Part shown: one piece after another, positions 9,626-17,949 of the stretch
Position numbering within the stretch: the first letter of the stretch is position 1
Layout: each line of letters begins with the position of its first letter
From: an uncultured cyanobacterium
GTDB taxonomy: Bacteria; Cyanobacteriota; Cyanobacteriia; Cyanobacteriales; CAWUOF01
Length of the DNA: 64,000 bases
Direction of reading: 5' to 3'
Assembly (NCBI GenBank): GCA_963744145.1
Contig: CAVUSO010000001.1
Location: forward strand, 4,128,001-4,192,000
Notes under the pieces: generated by a model
What the model saw: the letters and a program-made list of their open reading frames with translations, nothing else
What the model was told of the DNA's origin: nothing
Databases searched by the model: none
Translations under genes and position numbers: made by a program

Positions 9626-10773
9626 TACCAATTCTTGCAACTTTGACTACAGATAGTGTAGAGTATAATTTGAGTAGAGTTGAAGGAAAAATATGGCAGG
9701 AGTTTATCACCTAGACATTAAGGAAAGTGAAGCCGAGCTGAAGAAATTGCTCGCAGTGGAAAAAACTGGTCCAGGAAAAGAACGATTACAAGCATTATAT
9801 CTACTCAAGATAAACAAAGCTAAAACAGTCACAGAAGTTGCTGAAATCTTGGGCAGAAATCGAGTTACCGTTCAAGATTGGTTAGCCAAATACCGTCAAG
9901 GAGGATTGGCCAAATATCTGGGGAAAAAAGTGGGTACAGGCCGACCGAGAAAAATTCCTGACTGGGCGGTAAAAAGTTTAGAAAAACGACTAAATGAAGA
10001 GGAAGGATTTAATAGTTATGGGGAAATTTGTCAATGGCTATCATCCACCCTTGGGATAGAAGCTAAATATAAAACCGTTCATCAATTAGTGCATTATAAA
10101 CTAAAAGCCTCACCAAAAATCGCCAGGCCGAAAAGTACAGAACAGTCAAAAAAAAAGTTAGATAATTTTAGAAATCACTTGGCAGAGGACCTAGCTATGC
10201 TGAGTTGGTTTGCCATAACAGTAATGAGTTTAGGAGATAAAGTCAGATTTTTATGTCAAGATGAAACGCGGATCGGCATGAAAACGATTAGTGGGAGAAA
10301 AATTACCATTCGTGGGGTAAAACCAATTGGTAAAGTGCAGTGGAAATTTCAAGCGACTTATATTTATGGCGTAGTAGAGCCAAAGACAGGGGAACATTTC
10401 TTTTACGAGTTTACTCATCTCAATAGTCAATGCTTTCAGATATTTTTAGACTTAGTAGCCGCGCATTTTTCGGATAGTATTTTGATCATTCAGTTAGACA
10501 ATGGTGGTTTTCATAAAGCTAAAAAGTTGGTAATTCCTAAAAACGTTATTTTAATGTTTCAACCATCCCATTGTCCTGAATCAAATCCAATCGAACAGGT
10601 ATGGCAGTATCTCAAAAAGGGATTGAGATGGGAATTACCAAGAAACTTAGATGAATTAAGACTTTTAATTAGTAAAGAACTAGAAAAGATGAATTCAAAA
10701 GTAATTGCCTCAATTACGGGACGAGCCTATATATTAGAGGCACTATCTGTAGTCGGTATTTAGAGAATTGGTA
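9626..10773 (+). mobile_element. IS630-family insertion sequence, 1148 bp, with a 3-bp TGA target duplication
   Basis: Bipartite TIRs: TACCAATTCT/AGAATTGGTA plus a perfect 14-bp GACTACAGATAGTG (9645-9658)/CACTATCTGTAGTC (10741-10754). TGA at 9623-9625 and 10774-10776. Confidence 0.93.
9693..10763 (+). CDS. IS630-family transposase (single uninterrupted ORF)
   Basis: N-terminal HTH; DDE triad QDETR, LDNGGFH, PESNPIEQVW. Confidence 0.95.
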   Translation: MAGVYHLDIKESEAELKKLLAVEKTGPGKERLQALYLLKINKAKTVTEVAEILGRNRVTVQDWLAKYRQGGLAKYLGKKVGTGRPRKIPDWAVKSLEKRLNEEEGFNSYGEICQWLSSTLGIEAKYKTVHQLVHYKLKASPKIARPKSTEQSKKKLDNFRNHLAEDLAMLSWFAITVMSLGDKVRFLCQDETRIGMKTISGRKITIRGVKPIGKVQWKFQATYIYGVVEPKTGEHFFYEFTHLNSQCFQIFLDLVAAHFSDSILIIQLDNGGFHKAKKLVIPKNVILMFQPSHCPESNPIEQVWQYLKKGLRWELPRNLDELRLLISKELEKMNSKVIASITGRAYILEALSVVGI

Positions 10774-12004
10774 TGAAATAACTAAACCAGTTCAGTTAAA
10801 AATAGATCCTGGCTCCAAAACTACGGGGATCGCATTAGTATCCGAGGATGCAGTTATTTGGGGTGCTGAATTAACCCATCGTGGTCAGGCAATTAAAGCT
10901 AGTCTTGAGTCTCGACGTTCACTGCGTCGTACTCGACGGAACCGCAAAACTCGTTACGCGCCAACCACGGTTTTTGAATAGAACTCATCCCAAAGGCTGG
11001 TTAGCCCCCAGTCTTGAACACCGAGTACAAACTACCCTAACCTGGGTAAATAAATTAAAGAAATTTGCACCAATTAGTTCTATTTCCCAAGAACTGGTCA
11101 GGTTTGATCTGCAACGGTTGGAAGATCCTGAAATATCGGGCATTGAGTACCAACAAGGAGAGCTACAAGGCTACGAAATTCGCGAATACTTACTGAACAA
11201 ATGGGGCAGAAGATGTGTTTATTGTGGTGCTGAAAACACGCCTTTAGAGATTGAACATATCTTAGCTAAAAGTAAAGGTGGAACAGATAGAGTTAACAAT
11301 CTTACCCTAGCTTGTCATACTTGTAATCAGAAAAAAGGTAATCAGTCAGTTGAGAAATTTCTCCACAACAAACCAGATGTTTTGAGACGGGTTCTAGCGC
11401 AAGCAAAAGCACCATTAAAAGACGCTGCGGCGGTCAACTCTACCCGATGGGCATTATTCAACCGACTCAAGGAAACCGGATTACCAGTTGAAACCGGAAC
11501 TGGTGGCAGAACCAAATTTAACCGCGTTAAGTTTGGGATTGAAAAGCGTCACTATCTAGATGCAGCCTGTGTGGGTGTGGTTGAAAAATTAACTTTGAAA
11601 ACTACTAAGCCCTTACTGATTACTGCTAAGGGTTGGGGAATGCGCCAAATGTCTACTACCAACCAATATGGTTTTCCCATCAAACACCGCACCAGACAGA
11701 AAGCTTTTTTTGGGTTTCAAACTGGGGATATAGTCCGCGCTATCCTACCGACTGGAAAATACGCTGGAACACATATCGGACGCTTAACTGTTCGCGCCAC
11801 AGGTGTGTTTGAAATGGTGACGGTAAAGGGGAAAGTTAGCCCTGTCAGAGCTAAATACTGCAAAATCCTGCATCGAGTTGATGGATACAATTATGCCGTG
11901 TAATCCACATTTGTCCACATATTCGGCGATTAGAGGTGATCCGATCGCACCAGCAAGTACGGGCGCAAGAGCAATACGCTCCTATGCGATCGCTATGAAA
12001 ACAT

Positions 12005-12661
12005 CTAGATTTTACAAGTTACTAATCGTTGTATAAGTAATTGAGGGTCCCATTTGAACCATTCTGAGTTTTCTACTTCATAATGATTATCGATATATTC
12101 TCCATGTTCACTATATACTATTTTTTGAGAGTAAGGCAGAAATCCTTCAGGAAAATTGATATTAAATGGACGGTCTGAATAATCATTCCAGTATAAATCT
12201 TTATGCCATCCCAAACGCTCACCTAAGTATACCTCGGTTGAAGCATCATTTTTTCCACCTAGTTGTAACCAGATTTTCTTTTGAACACTAAATCCAAAGT
12301 GACCATTACTATATTTTACCCATAATTGATCAATGGTACGAAGATCGGTACAGGGAAATTTATTAATTGCATTTTCATCAAGGTTTGCATCTTGTCCTTC
12401 ATGAGCTGCTTTTAACATTACTTCTTTTGTTTCGTTATCTGCTTCTTTCCATTTCCCAGCTTTAAGAAAATTCAGTAGGTTTGTATAGTCTATTCCTACC
12501 TCTGATTCTAAATTTTCAGATGGAAAACTATCCGCTAAATAAGGTTTAGATAAGTTATCAATACTTTCTAAACTTGATACTTTTTCGCCAGAGATTAACC
12601 AGAAAAGCAATAATCCAGTACAACCTAATTTCTTCAAGGAATCCCAATTTTTTTTCAGCAT
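12005..12661 (-). CDS. GUN4-domain protein with a hydrophobic N-terminus
   Basis: SEVGIDYTNL..FLKAGKWKEADNET...FPCTDLRTIDQLWVKYSNGHFGFSVQKKIW is a canonical GUN4-domain signature. Confidence 0.88.
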   Translation of the reverse strand: MLKKNWDSLKKLGCTGLLLFWLISGEKVSSLESIDNLSKPYLADSFPSENLESEVGIDYTNLLNFLKAGKWKEADNETKEVMLKAAHEGQDANLDENAINKFPCTDLRTIDQLWVKYSNGHFGFSVQKKIWLQLGGKNDASTEVYLGERLGWHKDLYWNDYSDRPFNINFPEGFLPYSQKIVYSEHGEYIDNHYEVENSEWFKWDPQLLIQRLVTCKI

Positions 12662-12739
12662 AAATATTTGGGTTGCTCCAAAAGCGATCGCTACTAGGAA
12701 GATTATAGAGCGATCGCTGTTCTTAGCACTGACTACAAC

Positions 12740-15700
12740 CTAGTGGACAAAATAATCTTGCAAAGCTTTTACATCCAAAGGTTTTAATTTCAGAGAGTGA
12801 ATTGCTGCTGTCGTAGCTTTGGCTGCGGCTATAGTAGTAATAATTGGAATTTTGTAGGATAAAGCTGTGCGACGAATTAGTCTTCCTTCAGCACGCGCTT
12901 CTTCACCAAAGGGAGTATTAATAATTAAATTAATCCACCCATTTTTGATCCAATCCAGGACGTGAGGACGACCTTCACTTAATTTTAATACCAGTTCCAC
13001 ATCCACACCATGTTCTCGTAATACCCGACGAGTACCAGTAGTAGCTAAGATCCGAAAACCTAAATCTCTCAATTCTTCCACAATCGGAACAACTGCTTTT
13101 TTATCTTTATCACCTACTGAAACAAATACAGTTCCTGATAAAGGTAAACGAGCACCTGCTGCTAATTCTGCTTTTGCATAAGCACTTCCAAAGTCGGTAT
13201 CAATCCCCATTACTTCTCCTGTCGATCGCATTTCCGGACCAAGAATTGTATCAACTCCAGGGAATTTTTCAAAGGGAAGCACTGCTTCTTTAACAGAAAT
13301 ATGGGTAGGAATTATTTCTTTAGTAAATTGCAAAGATTCTAAACTATTGCCAGCCATTACTAAAGAAGCTATTTTAGCTAAAGGAAAACCGATCGCTTTA
13401 GACACAAAAGGTACAGTCCGAGAAGCTCGGGGATTAGCTTCGAGAATATAAACTTGTGCTTCTCCACCATTGCTATCAGGTTTAATCGCATACTGAATAT
13501 TCATCAATCCGACGACATGGAGAGCTTTAGCTAGTTTAACCGTCCAAGTACGGATGACTGCTAACAGATCAGCATTCAAGGAAGTAGAGGGGAGAGAACA
13601 AGCGGAGTCTCCTGAGTGAATTCCTGCTTCTTCAATATGTTCCATGATCCCACCAATCACGACTTGACCTGTCGTATCCGCGATCGCATCCACATCAACT
13701 TCGATCGCGTTTTCTAGGAACTTATCAATCAAAATTGGTTTTTCTGGTTCTACTTGCACAGCATAGGTCATATACCGATCAAGTTGTTGATCCGAGTAAA
13801 CAATTTCCATTGCTCTCCCTCCTAATACATAGGAAGGACGAACTACCACTGGATAACCAATTTTCTTAGCTATTTGGAGTGCTTCAGAATAGCTTCTCGC
13901 TATTCCATTGGGTGGTTGACGGATATCCAGCTCACGGAGAATTTTCTCAAACCTTTCCCGATCTTCAGCAATATCAATCGAATCGGGAGATGTCCCCCAA
14001 ATTTTGCTCGTAATTCGAGAACATTCTGTAGGAGAGCTAATTTGTTGATTCAGATATTCTTGGAGGGGTACTGCTAATTTCAGGGGAGTTTGTCCACCAA
14101 ATTGAATAATAATCCCTTCCGGATTTTCAGCTTCAATGATATTCAGAACATCTTCTTTAGTCAGAGGTTCAAAGTAGAGGCGATCGCTGGTATCATAGTC
14201 GGTGGAAACTGTTTCTGGGTTGGAATTAACCATAATTGTTTCAAATCCCGCAGCTTTCAGAGCGTAAGCAGCATGACAACAACAATAGTCAAATTCAATT
14301 CCCTGACCAATTCGGTTCGGACCACCTCCCAAAATCATGACTTTGCGCTTAGTTGAGGCAAATACTTCACTTTCACTTTCATAAGTGGAATAATAATAAG
14401 GTGTCATTGCTTCAAATTCAGCCGCGCAAGTATCTACCAGTTTATAAACTGGTAAAACTCCTAGTTGCTGTCGGTAACTCCGGACTTGATCTTCTGTCTT
14501 TTTGCTCGCATAAGCAATTTGCCGATCGCTAAATCCCTGTTGCTTGATTGCATATAATTTCTCTTTGGTCAAACTTTCTAAAGGTGTACGTTTGAGCAAT
14601 TTCTCGGTTTCCAGCAATTCTTGAAACTTATCTAAAAACCAGGGGTCAATCCCAGTCAACTCGTAGATTTCTTCCCCCGTCATTCCCATTTGAAAAGCAT
14701 GACGTACTGTAAAAATCCGTTCCGGATTGGGAGTTCTGAGTCCAGCACGAATTTGTTCTAAACTGGGTAATTTTTCCGACTTATCACAACCCCAACCAGC
14801 TCGACCAGTTTCTAAACTTCTTAAAGCTTTCTGGAATGACTCATTAAATGTCCGTCCAATCGCCATTGCTTCTCCCACTGATTTCATCTGGGTCGTCAGA
14901 GTTGTTTCCGCTCCAGGGAATTTTTCAAAAGCAAATCGGGGCACTTTGGTCACCACATAATCGATCGTTGGTTCAAAAGATGCGGGAGTTTTCTTAGTAA
15001 TATCGTTGGAAATTTCATTTAAGGTGTAGCCTACTGCTAATTTAGCGGCAAATTTCGCGATCGGAAAACCTGTTGCTTTAGAAGCAAGCGCACTAGAACG
15101 ACTCACCCGAGGATTCATTTCAATCACGATTAATTCACCAGTCACTGGGTTAATCGCAAACTGAATGTTTGAGCCACCTGTTTCTACTCCGATTTCCCGG
15201 ATAATTTTAATGGAAGCATCACGCAAGCGTTGATATTCTTTATCTGTCAGGGTTTGAGCGGGAGCAACCGTAATCGAGTCTCCCGTATGGATACCCATAG
15301 GATCAATATTTTCAATTGAGCAGATAATCACCACGTTATCTGCTAAATCGCGCATCACTTCTAGTTCGTATTCTTTCCAACCAAGTAGGGATTTTTCAAT
15401 CAGAATTTGACTAACTGGGGAAGCATCTAGACCAAATTGTGCCATTTCTTCATATTCTTCTTGGTTATAGGCAATTCCTCCACCTGTACCACCAAGAGTA
15501 AATGCGGGACGAATAATGAGGGGGTAAGCACCAATTTTTTTCGCGATTACTTTAGCTTGATCGAGAGTTTCTGCGGTTCCTCCTGGACAAACACTCACCC
15601 CAATCCGGTTCATGGCTTGCTTAAATAATTCCCGGTCTTCTGCTTTCTCGATCGCAGGTAATTTCGCGCCGATTAATTCCACACCATACTTTTCTAATAC

Positions 15701-16018
15701 ACCATTTTTGGCCAAGGCTACGGCTAGATTTAAAGCAGTTTGACCACCCATGGTTGGTAACAGAGCATCAGGACGCTCTTTAATAATGATTTTTTCGACC
15801 ATTTCCGGTGTTAACGGCTCGATGTAGGTGCGTTCAGCTGTTTCCGGATCGGTCATGATTGTGGCTGGGTTAGAATTAACCAGTACCACCTCATAACCTT
15901 CACTCCGGAGTGCTTTACAAGCTTGAGTACCAGAGTAGTCAAACTCACAAGCTTGGCCAATTACTATCGGGCCAGCACCCAGCAGCAGAATTTTGTGGAG
16001 GTCGTTGCGACGAGGCAT
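12740..16018 (-). CDS. carB: Carbamoyl-phosphate synthase large subunit
   Basis: [30 protein letters not shown], duplicated ATP-grasp halves ([18 protein letters not shown]) and a C-terminal MGS domain. Start set at MPRR. Confidence 0.98.
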   Translation of the reverse strand: MPRRNDLHKILLLGAGPIVIGQACEFDYSGTQACKALRSEGYEVVLVNSNPATIMTDPETAERTYIEPLTPEMVEKIIIKERPDALLPTMGGQTALNLAVALAKNGVLEKYGVELIGAKLPAIEKAEDRELFKQAMNRIGVSVCPGGTAETLDQAKVIAKKIGAYPLIIRPAFTLGGTGGGIAYNQEEYEEMAQFGLDASPVSQILIEKSLLGWKEYELEVMRDLADNVVIICSIENIDPMGIHTGDSITVAPAQTLTDKEYQRLRDASIKIIREIGVETGGSNIQFAINPVTGELIVIEMNPRVSRSSALASKATGFPIAKFAAKLAVGYTLNEISNDITKKTPASFEPTIDYVVTKVPRFAFEKFPGAETTLTTQMKSVGEAMAIGRTFNESFQKALRSLETGRAGWGCDKSEKLPSLEQIRAGLRTPNPERIFTVRHAFQMGMTGEEIYELTGIDPWFLDKFQELLETEKLLKRTPLESLTKEKLYAIKQQGFSDRQIAYASKKTEDQVRSYRQQLGVLPVYKLVDTCAAEFEAMTPYYYSTYESESEVFASTKRKVMILGGGPNRIGQGIEFDYCCCHAAYALKAAGFETIMVNSNPETVSTDYDTSDRLYFEPLTKEDVLNIIEAENPEGIIIQFGGQTPLKLAVPLQEYLNQQISSPTECSRITSKIWGTSPDSIDIAEDRERFEKILRELDIRQPPNGIARSYSEALQIAKKIGYPVVVRPSYVLGGRAMEIVYSDQQLDRYMTYAVQVEPEKPILIDKFLENAIEVDVDAIADTTGQVVIGGIMEHIEEAGIHSGDSACSLPSTSLNADLLAVIRTWTVKLAKALHVVGLMNIQYAIKPDSNGGEAQVYILEANPRASRTVPFVSKAIGFPLAKIASLVMAGNSLESLQFTKEIIPTHISVKEAVLPFEKFPGVDTILGPEMRSTGEVMGIDTDFGSAYAKAELAAGARLPLSGTVFVSVGDKDKKAVVPIVEELRDLGFRILATTGTRRVLREHGVDVELVLKLSEGRPHVLDWIKNGWINLIINTPFGEEARAEGRLIRRTALSYKIPIITTIAAAKATTAAIHSLKLKPLDVKALQDYFVH

Positions 16019-16145
16019 AGTTTTTATGAGGATAGACAATTATTAAACCCAGACCATTTTAATGGTTTTCCGCCTAATCATTGCAGTTTTTAGCCGATCG
16101 ATTTAACAAGGTTTGATGACTTTTTTGGTTTCTAGTGCCCAAAGA

Positions 16146-17849
16146 TTAACTAATGAGTGAATATTCGGCAGCGGGCCATAATTGCCATTTGCCCTGTTCT
16201 TTGATTTCTAAAACTAAACTGTGATATGGGAGTAAACTGGGACGGTGTCCGACACTGACAAAGGTAGTCGTAGTGGTTTGGAGATATTGATAAAGTTGTT
16301 TTTCATTTTTGACATCTAAGGCGCTGGTTGATTCATCTAAAATGGCATACTTTGGTTTAGTGACGAGTAATCTGGCAAAAGCTAGTCGTTGTTGTTCTCC
16401 TAAAGAAAGAACTTTACTCCAGTCTTCTTCTGTATCTAGACTCCCAAATCGTTCGGTTAATTCTGGTAGGTTTACTTGTTTGAGAATCAGGAAGAGTTCT
16501 GCTTCGGAGATTTGGCTGATTTGTTGCGGATATAAAAGCTGGTCACGTAGACTTCCTAACACCAGATAAGGACGTTGCGGTAAAAATAAGATCTCTGTTA
16601 ATTTTGGTCGGACAATGGTTCCCGTTCCTGTATCCCACAATCCCGCGATCGCTCGGAGTAATGAACTTTTCCCACAACCACTCGGACCGACAATTAATAA
16701 TCCTTCTCCTGGAGAAACTTCCACGACTAGATTTTTGATTAAGGTTCTTTGATAATTTGGGGTCATTAAACTGACATTGCGGAAGGCTAAATAGTTAGCT
16801 TCGACGGTAATTATATTCAGATCCAGTTTGGCAATTTCTGCGTTGGGAGATTCTAGATATTTTTCAAAATTTTCTAATCGAGTAATTCCCGCTGTAAATT
16901 TAGTTAATAGTTCAAAATGAGTAATGATTACTTGTAAGGAAAGAAAAATTGTTAAAAAAGCCTCTCTTGCTTGTGTAAGTGTACCTATTCCGGTTTGTCC
17001 TGCTAGGATTTGTGGCCCGATAATTAGGGCTGGGACGATAAAAGTTACAAACTCAAAACCATTTTTAAACATATTCAAATCTAGTTCGCTTTTAATTAAT
17101 TTAGTAAAGTTATCCAAGATTTTTTGGAATCGTTGTTTCACCTGATCAGCTTCTCTTACTTCTCCCTGATAAAATGCGATCGATTCGGCATTTTCCCGAA
17201 TCCGGACTAACCCAAAGCGAAAGTCAGCTTCTCGTTTGATTTGTTCAAGATTTAGTTTAATAAATACTTTACCAAAGACAAAACTGGTAATTATTGTGCC
17301 ACCACAGGTATAAATAATCAGAAAAATTACCAGTTTTTTAGAAAGCAACCACAGCACTCCACTAAAAGCAATTAGCTGCATGAGTGAGCGCAATAATTTA
17401 ATCATAATATATAAAGAATTACTAGTAAATGTTTTAATATCTTCGGCAATTCTCTGATCAGGATTATCAATATCTTCGAGAAAATTAATTTGATAAAAAG
17501 AACGCTTTTGAAAATATTTATATAAAAAATAATCTGTCATCCATTGTCGCCAATAAAAAGATAATTTACTTTGCACGTAATCGTCAGCAGCAAATAAGGG
17601 AATGGCAATAATTAGCATCGCTAAATTAACAGTGAGTGCCAAAATAAATTTTTCACTATTCATTGCTACTAAAGATGAAATAATATCCGCTCTTTGATAA
17701 TTCCGAATGACATTGACAACACTGGAGCTTAATAATATGATTAAAATCAGGCTCAGTAATCCGATCGCTTTCCATTTTTCTTCAGATGACCAATAGGGTT
17801 TAGCAAGTGCCCAAAAACGCTTAAATATCTGAAAATTAAATCGATTCAT
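16146..17849 (-). CDS. ABCD/YddA-type fused ABC transporter (permease + ATPase)
   Basis: IDNPDQRIAED, EADFRFGLVRIRENAESIAFY (EAA-like), Walker A GPSGCGKS, signature LSLGEQQR, Walker B ILDE. Confidence 0.92.
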   Translation of the reverse strand: MNRFNFQIFKRFWALAKPYWSSEEKWKAIGLLSLILIILLSSSVVNVIRNYQRADIISSLVAMNSEKFILALTVNLAMLIIAIPLFAADDYVQSKLSFYWRQWMTDYFLYKYFQKRSFYQINFLEDIDNPDQRIAEDIKTFTSNSLYIMIKLLRSLMQLIAFSGVLWLLSKKLVIFLIIYTCGGTIITSFVFGKVFIKLNLEQIKREADFRFGLVRIRENAESIAFYQGEVREADQVKQRFQKILDNFTKLIKSELDLNMFKNGFEFVTFIVPALIIGPQILAGQTGIGTLTQAREAFLTIFLSLQVIITHFELLTKFTAGITRLENFEKYLESPNAEIAKLDLNIITVEANYLAFRNVSLMTPNYQRTLIKNLVVEVSPGEGLLIVGPSGCGKSSLLRAIAGLWDTGTGTIVRPKLTEILFLPQRPYLVLGSLRDQLLYPQQISQISEAELFLILKQVNLPELTERFGSLDTEEDWSKVLSLGEQQRLAFARLLVTKPKYAILDESTSALDVKNEKQLYQYLQTTTTTFVSVGHRPSLLPYHSLVLEIKEQGKWQLWPAAEYSLIS

Positions 17850-17949
17850 TGATGCTGGTGCTAGCTCTTTTTATCAAGATAGCATTGATTTTTGTTTTCT
17901 GACTGGGCAGTTTTGATTCAAAATAGGGATAATAACACTAAAAAAAAGC

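Larger units (their letters stand above)
9483..11903 (+). pseudogene. iscB: RNA-guided endonuclease IscB, interrupted by IS630 and with a +1 frameshift at ~10958
   Basis: 5' part (missing from the ORF track) reads MQVFVIDTNKRPINPVHPAQARLWL...RRFPFTIILK (PLMP/RRXRR). After the IS: RuvC-I KIDPGSKTTG, bridge helix RRSLRRTRRNRKTRY, RuvC-II ELVRFD, HNH CVYC..EIEH..N..CHTCN, RuvC-III HYLDAAC. Confidence 0.92.
9206..11934 (+). mobile_element. Non-autonomous IscB/OMEGA (HEARO) element with a nested IS630
   Basis: omegaRNA plus iscB with no tnpA; imperfect inverted end motifs at 9207-9237 and 11903-11933. Boundaries are approximate. Confidence 0.75.

Noticed and set aside
10881..10957. Track ORF N-terminus MVRQLKLVLSLDVHCVV as the start of an HNH protein
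   Set aside because: It is an off-frame reading caused by the +1 base at 10958; the other frame encodes RuvC-I and the bridge helix.
12005..12661. Assigning the symbol gun4
   Set aside because: GUN4 domain only, with a hydrophobic leader and accessory context; orthology to the Mg-chelatase cofactor is not supported.
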